This document shows, one piece after another, positions 58,589 through 64,000 of a stretch of 64,000 nt of DNA (position 1 is the first letter of the stretch; every line of letters starts with the position of its first letter). Source of the stretch: Setoptus koraiensis (lineage: Eukaryota > Animalia > Arthropoda). Where the stretch lies: the NCBI GenBank assembly GCA_048013815.1, contig CM106586.1, positions 12,152,001-12,216,000 on the forward strand. The letters run 5' to 3'. The position numbers and the translations under genes were made by a program. The notes under the pieces were generated by a model. It had not been told where the DNA came from. It was given only the letters and a program-made list of their open reading frames with translations, and searched no databases.

Positions 58589-58605
58589 TCGCCGGCACAA
58601 CAACT

Positions 58606-61600
58606 ATGAATCCGGCCGACAAAAGCAATCCATTTCTGGTTGGCTGGGAACAGACCGACGACGCCATCTTAGACACCAACAATATTATTGATGAGTTAGA
58701 GGAAGTAGACGCAAAGGTGATTGGCGAGGCAGCTTCAGCTTTCGATCCATTCGAGACCATAATCGATGACGACTCTTCTCTGTCGTCGTCGCCCGGCCTC
58801 CAGCATAATGCCGCTCCTAATGCACAAAATAATGAAATAAAAATGTCGGACGATCTCGCCGCTATGGCCATGACCAACATTGGCAGCAACAACAACATGA
58901 ACAGTATCAACGACACAAACAACAGTGACAACATTGGCTCAATTTATCATAATGTTGACGACGACAGTGGCCAACTCGATCAGATGCAATTGGCCTGCAC
59001 ACAATCCGATGATGACGGTCATTACCAAGAGCAGCTAAATGTCGATGACAGAGACGAGAGCCTGCGCAAGTCGCTAAGAATAGACCTAGATCAGAACTAC
59101 AATGGTCAACATGATGTTGGCGAGGATATTCGGCCGCTGGCCTCAGTGACAAACGCATCAGATGAGGTGGAAAAATATTCTGCCACCGATTATCACGACG
59201 AACATCAGTGCATTGATGAGGACGAAAACGGGGAGCTAGCTCGCAGCAATTTACCCAACAGTTTCTTTGATCCATTCGAGACAGTGATAGACAAAGACGC
59301 GCTTAACACACCGATGAATGCGAAATATTTCGAGGACGAGCTAACAGTTGAGTCGGCCATTGAGACTAGCAACGATAACTCGGTGACAAATTTTGACGAT
59401 TTTCAGCGACAAGACAACGAGCAAACGAACGACGTTGTGTTGGAGCAATCAAGACAAGACAGAGGGTCAGAAGCGGCCGTCGGGCCCGTATCTAAGGTTG
59501 AGTTGGCAGAAGAAACAAGCATAGAGCAACATCCACAACAAGCACAACCGCAACAACAAGCAACCAACAGCACAACAGTGCCAGAGATTAAAGAAAGAAT
59601 TGAGGTCCCAATGAAGCAGACTGTTGTTGCGCCTAGCACGCCGGCGAAGAATCGCACACCGCGCCACAGGAGAAAGGCCTCATTTCAGGAGGATTCGTCT
59701 GATGAGGACGACGAAGACGACAGAATACAGATAGTAATTCGTGCCAAAGACACTGGCGATATCACTCGCTCTCACGGGGCCTCGTTTGTTCCTTTATTGC
59801 CTCCGCCGCCTTCGAAGAGCTCAATGAAACAGGCCAGAGAACGTGGCCAAGTAGAAGATATGCCCAGTCCAATTATAACTCATTGTAGGAAGTCGGCGGC
59901 AGCATCGGCGGCCGCTGCATCGTCCGGTGTCAATCATACGGGCGGCGAGCTGGCCGATAGCAATAACACAGGTAGATCGGACAAAACAGAGCCAGCCAAG
60001 CTGGATAGGCGGATGAGCGAGCACGAGGATTTTGACGGGGATGGGGCGCGCCTTCACAACGACCACAACAATGACAACGAGGAACAATACGATGACAATG
60101 ATAATGATGAGGCCGACAATAACAAGCACGGCGACGATGGAGCCTTTGTTATTGGGGGCGCCGGCGAGGGAACAGACACGCCGTTGTACGACGATGACAC
60201 ATCGTATGTTTTAGAGGATTTTCCGCCCAAATTCACCGAGGCCGGCTGGAATATGATGTTGCGTTATCCGCCTAAAAAGAAGTTAACTAGCAATAGATTT
60301 TGGAAGAGAATATTTGTTAAAATAGCGCGTAGTAGTAGTAGTGGCGCACAATCACAAGATAATAGTGTTGTGTTGCAAATATATGAGAATGCCCAAGAGA
60401 AGCCCGTGCAAGAGATTAGATTACAGCCCACATACACTATTTCAGAAATAAGCACACAACAATACGATCAATTTGGTAAAATATTCACACTTAAAATACA
60501 ATATATATTTTATAGGGAGCGGGTAGGTGTTAGACCGGGCCAATTGGCACGTCTCGTCCATTCGGGCCACATAGGCGCCAGCACAACAAGCGGCGGCCAC
60601 GGAGTGGGGCCCACCAGCATTGGCGACCTGAAACGGTACGGGGCCCCGCTGGAGCATGTGCCTCAGGTGTCGCAAATAATCAAGCTGGGCTGTCAGAGTT
60701 ACAGTGACATAAAACAGTTGAAATGTTGCCTGGAGGACGAATTGTTTAAGATGCCCATAGCCAGGGACAAGGCAATGTCCGTGTATAAAACGGAGGAGAT
60801 TCAAATGGCCGTCAGAGACGAAATATACATTGAGTGCAATCAGGTGGGCACCATAACAAAACAATTGGCCCGTGTTAGACTGTTTTTCTTGTCGTTCATG
60901 AATGGAATGCCCGTGGTTGAGGTGGGCATAAACGACATTTATCGTCAGGGCAAAGAGATTGTGGGCAGACTGGACATATTGCCCGTGGTGACGGAAGAAT
61001 GGATTAGGATAGAGGCAAGCGAATTGCATTGCACGGTGGACCAGGAGGAATTTAAGAAGCCCGATTCGAGAATGATCAAATTGAGCCCGCCAGACGGTGT
61101 CTTTTTCGAGCTGATGCGATTCCGTGTTCGGCCGCCCAGAAATCGCGAATTGCCCCTACAGGTGAGCGCCAGTATGTGTGTGACCCGCACTAAGGTCACA
61201 ATTAATTGTGACGTAATTGTGCCAGGTTGCACAAGTAGAAAACACGGCCAGATACCGTGCGAGGACATTGCCATTAGAATTTATGTGCCCGAATGTTGGA
61301 TTTATTTCTTTAGGACAGAGAAACACTTTAGGTATGGCTCGGTGAAATCAACTAATAAACGGGCCGGTAAGGTCAAGGGCATTGAGAGATTTTTGGGTGG
61401 AGGCGACACGGGCGAATCTAACAGTCTCATTGAGGTTACGTCGGGCCAGGCGAAATACGAGCACCATTACAATGCTATTGTGTGGCGAGCCGCCAGGTGG
61501 CCCAAGGAAAATCAGTCGGCCTATGTACAAAATTCATTAAAAATCAAGATGCCATTAACCATTTACGACAAGATGCCTGACACGTTCAACGAATACATTT

Positions 61601-61956
61601 ATGTTGAATACTCAATGCCGGCAACAACGGTGTCGCACACAACATTACGATCCATTTCGGTGAATCCTTGCGACGACGAACCGCCAGAGAAATATGTCAA
61701 ATATTCTGCCAATTATGAATATAAGGTCAAAATGAGACTGTCTATTAATCTCAACAGCAACAAATCTGATAACGCCCTGGTTGAGGAAAAATCGCCAATT
61801 ATAATTATGAAGCAACCCGATGCTCCACAGGACCTAATCAGGCAAGAGGATAGCGACGACGATGATGATAGTGATTTTAGCGAAGAGAAAGAAAACGACA
61901 ACAGTGCTGCTCATCGCCAACAAGGCCAGGCAAGGGATAACGATTACGCAACATAA
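58606..61956 (+). CDS. stnB: Stoned B / stonin, second cistron, 1116 aa, intronless
   Basis: First ATG at 58606 (the ORF track start at 58585 is TTG). N-terminal NPF, stonin homology domain (GWNMMLRYPPKKKLTSNRFWKRIFVKI) and mu-homology domain (RLFFLSFMNGMP, PPDGVFFELMRFRVR, EKYVKYSANYEYKV). Confidence 0.93.
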   Translation: MNPADKSNPFLVGWEQTDDAILDTNNIIDELEEVDAKVIGEAASAFDPFETIIDDDSSLSSSPGLQHNAAPNAQNNEIKMSDDLAAMAMTNIGSNNNMNSINDTNNSDNIGSIYHNVDDDSGQLDQMQLACTQSDDDGHYQEQLNVDDRDESLRKSLRIDLDQNYNGQHDVGEDIRPLASVTNASDEVEKYSATDYHDEHQCIDEDENGELARSNLPNSFFDPFETVIDKDALNTPMNAKYFEDELTVESAIETSNDNSVTNFDDFQRQDNEQTNDVVLEQSRQDRGSEAAVGPVSKVELAEETSIEQHPQQAQPQQQATNSTTVPEIKERIEVPMKQTVVAPSTPAKNRTPRHRRKASFQEDSSDEDDEDDRIQIVIRAKDTGDITRSHGASFVPLLPPPPSKSSMKQARERGQVEDMPSPIITHCRKSAAASAAAASSGVNHTGGELADSNNTGRSDKTEPAKLDRRMSEHEDFDGDGARLHNDHNNDNEEQYDDNDNDEADNNKHGDDGAFVIGGAGEGTDTPLYDDDTSYVLEDFPPKFTEAGWNMMLRYPPKKKLTSNRFWKRIFVKIARSSSSGAQSQDNSVVLQIYENAQEKPVQEIRLQPTYTISEISTQQYDQFGKIFTLKIQYIFYRERVGVRPGQLARLVHSGHIGASTTSGGHGVGPTSIGDLKRYGAPLEHVPQVSQIIKLGCQSYSDIKQLKCCLEDELFKMPIARDKAMSVYKTEEIQMAVRDEIYIECNQVGTITKQLARVRLFFLSFMNGMPVVEVGINDIYRQGKEIVGRLDILPVVTEEWIRIEASELHCTVDQEEFKKPDSRMIKLSPPDGVFFELMRFRVRPPRNRELPLQVSASMCVTRTKVTINCDVIVPGCTSRKHGQIPCEDIAIRIYVPECWIYFFRTEKHFRYGSVKSTNKRAGKVKGIERFLGGGDTGESNSLIEVTSGQAKYEHHYNAIVWRAARWPKENQSAYVQNSLKIKMPLTIYDKMPDTFNEYIYVEYSMPATTVSHTTLRSISVNPCDDEPPEKYVKYSANYEYKVKMRLSINLNSNKSDNALVEEKSPIIIMKQPDAPQDLIRQEDSDDDDDSDFSEEKENDNSAAHRQQGQARDNDYAT

Positions 61957-62866
61957 CAACAGTATTTCTTTAGTTTCATACACACAAACAATTTTAATTT
62001 TTAATTTATAGCATCACTCCTAATCTGACATTCGACATTTCTGGCGTCATTATGTTGTGTCGCCAGCGACTCAATTAGCTTAGCTCAATGTGGCCCACCT
62101 CGCAAACGCCCAGCTACAATCGGATCATACTGCCCCTCGTGTATCAAGGCTTTATACCTAGCAGCTCCTCATATCCAATAGATAGAATCCGAGTGGATTA
62201 GATTAAATCAGTCGTATCACCGGAGCAATTGTTGTTCATGTTCATCGTTGTCTCATTAAGCAAAAACATTGCTGATTATTAGTAGAAATATGAGAGGCAG
62301 AGAAAGAGAGAGAGAAATTATAAGAACAATTATTTTACACTTATATAGCCATGATATACAATGTCACTGTTCAGAAAATTCTGCACAAACAACTGTAACA
62401 TTGCCATAGATCACACAACTCATTGTAAACAACAAAATACCTATATAGCTGGATGGCAGCAATCGACAACCCAATGACAACATAGACCAGATATTGATTT
62501 TATTTATTTGAACCACGTTTTGAGATTGCAAACGAATGCAACGTTGTACAATTATTATTAATAAATGTTATGTTTTAGTACGACCAAAACTGCTTTGTGT
62601 CCCATCATATCCTTTGCATTCATGGGTCAGTCATCGGTGCTCGAGGTTACGCTACGCACCCAAGCCCACAATAAATGACAAATACAGTGGCAGTCGATTG
62701 AGGAAGTCTTCAAATCAATCATGCAGTTTTAATGATCTATATAGCTACGACAAAAGAATACCCGACTGTGGTGCGGATAAAGACAATGGCTATACGATAA
62801 ATAGATTGAATATTATCGTGTGTAAAGATGATGTAATGAATTGATTGCCTCAGAAATTAATGTTTA

Positions 62867-63935
62867 TCAGATATTAATTATAGGTAAACCGTCAATCAAA
62901 TTGTCCTTCCTACGGCCCTGTTGCTGTTGTTTAGTGAGATCTCTCATTGGGGCGCTGTTAATATTGTTTTCTTGCTCTGCGATTTTGCGTACTTTTGTCA
63001 TCACACCATACTCTAGTGCGTAACAAGCAAAACCATTTATAAGTAATAGTGTAAATATAAACAATGTCAGAACTCTCAGATTGAAATTTGATATGTCCTC
63101 TCTGTCGATTAGAATGGCGCGACAACCTAACGCATAATCGGGACGCTCACAGTAGAATATGGAATCGGTTTTTGATGATCTATGAAGATATTTTTGTTTG
63201 GGATAATTACAGCAAGACGGTGGATACAATCCATAGAAGGTATTATATGATTGCCAATCCTTGGGCTCCATTATGCCGCAGCATTTGAGCACTTGTTGTA
63301 CCCAATCTATAGGCTGAGTGTAGTGATAATTGGTGTCTCCTGGAAACAATCCGTTTATATCCAGGTTGTTGCTATCGTACGAGTATCTGTTGAGTAATGT
63401 GCGCCACGTATTTACGTCCACTTGATGATTCAATTCGAGCTTGAATGGATTAAACCACAAGCAGATTAGCACAAGAAGAAACGTTGTCGATAATACTAAG
63501 CTCAGGATGGTGTATACTCTTAGCCACTTAAATCTCAGTCTGATATCAACCACCAAGAGGCCCAACAAAGCCAGTACTGAGAGCAATATTAGAGCCACAT
63601 TGAATAGTATTATGGCCATCTTGAAGCTGTGAGTATAAAGTATGACTCCATTGTAGTCTCTGATGAGGTCAGCTGAATTGCTGGCGGCTTTCAGTATGTT
63701 AGTGGAACATATCAACTGATTTGTAACGGTTTAGTGATGAAATAAAATGAAGTTACACAATAAGCGATTTTGAGCATAACTTTTTAACGTGGTTGATTGA
63801 GGCTACAAGTTGTATACTAACCAATGTCAATGAGTTTATTATAACAAGATAAATGAAAAACAAGTTGGTCATACCAAAATATTTGAGAATTTTTGTCGAG
63901 TTGCGCTCTCGACACCCATTATCGGACAGCTCCAT
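62867..63935 (-). CDS. Tetraspanin family protein, 2 exons, about 320 aa
   Basis: Exon 63822-63935 (TM1); intron 63716-63821 (GTTAGT...ATCAG, 106 nt); exon 62867-63715 with TM2-4 and a large extracellular loop carrying DWVQQVLKCCG, PPSCC and GC motifs. Confidence 0.85.
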
Positions 63936-64000
63936 AGTGCAAACAATTATGCTGTCGTCGTTATCAGCGGTAATAATAATCCTATGATTATTACTCTGAG

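Noticed and set aside
58570-58606. Programmed -1 frameshift or readthrough fusing StnA to StnB
   Set aside because: No slippery heptamer; a TAA in the StnB frame at 58579 leaves only a few nt; the frames differ, so readthrough fails.

Overview
Eukaryotic, arthropod nuclear DNA. Stoned A and an allatotropin/orexin-type receptor point to arthropods; tiny or absent introns and abundant microsatellites suggest a compact-genome mite, which is inference only. Two compact housekeeping clusters flank a large neuro-GPCR locus. Left cluster (0-4 kb): STAM (partial), GOT1, prefoldin 2, TMEM163-like. Right cluster (45.8-64 kb): tRNA-Arg(UCG), exportin-5, ADP/ATP translocase, NUDT8-like Nudix, a RhoGAP pseudogene, stoned A, stoned B, a tetraspanin. 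The middle holds a 4-exon allatotropin/orexin-type receptor (10085-29586, minus, about 1814 aa) with a third intracellular loop of about 1250 aa, a 54-Gln tail and an 11.9 kb repeat-rich intron, then an orphan secreted protein at 39.9-41.3 kb. Best leads: (1) stoned A and stoned B form a dicistronic unit with a 17-nt gap, and the first cistron has an 808-nt stretch with no ATG in any frame, consistent with selection for ribosome scanning into cistron 2; (2) the giant-loop GPCR, with clock-type elements in its intron; (3) the orphan secreted protein with a faint CHH/ITP-like core. No CRISPR, rRNA or intact transposon was found. All counts were made by eye.
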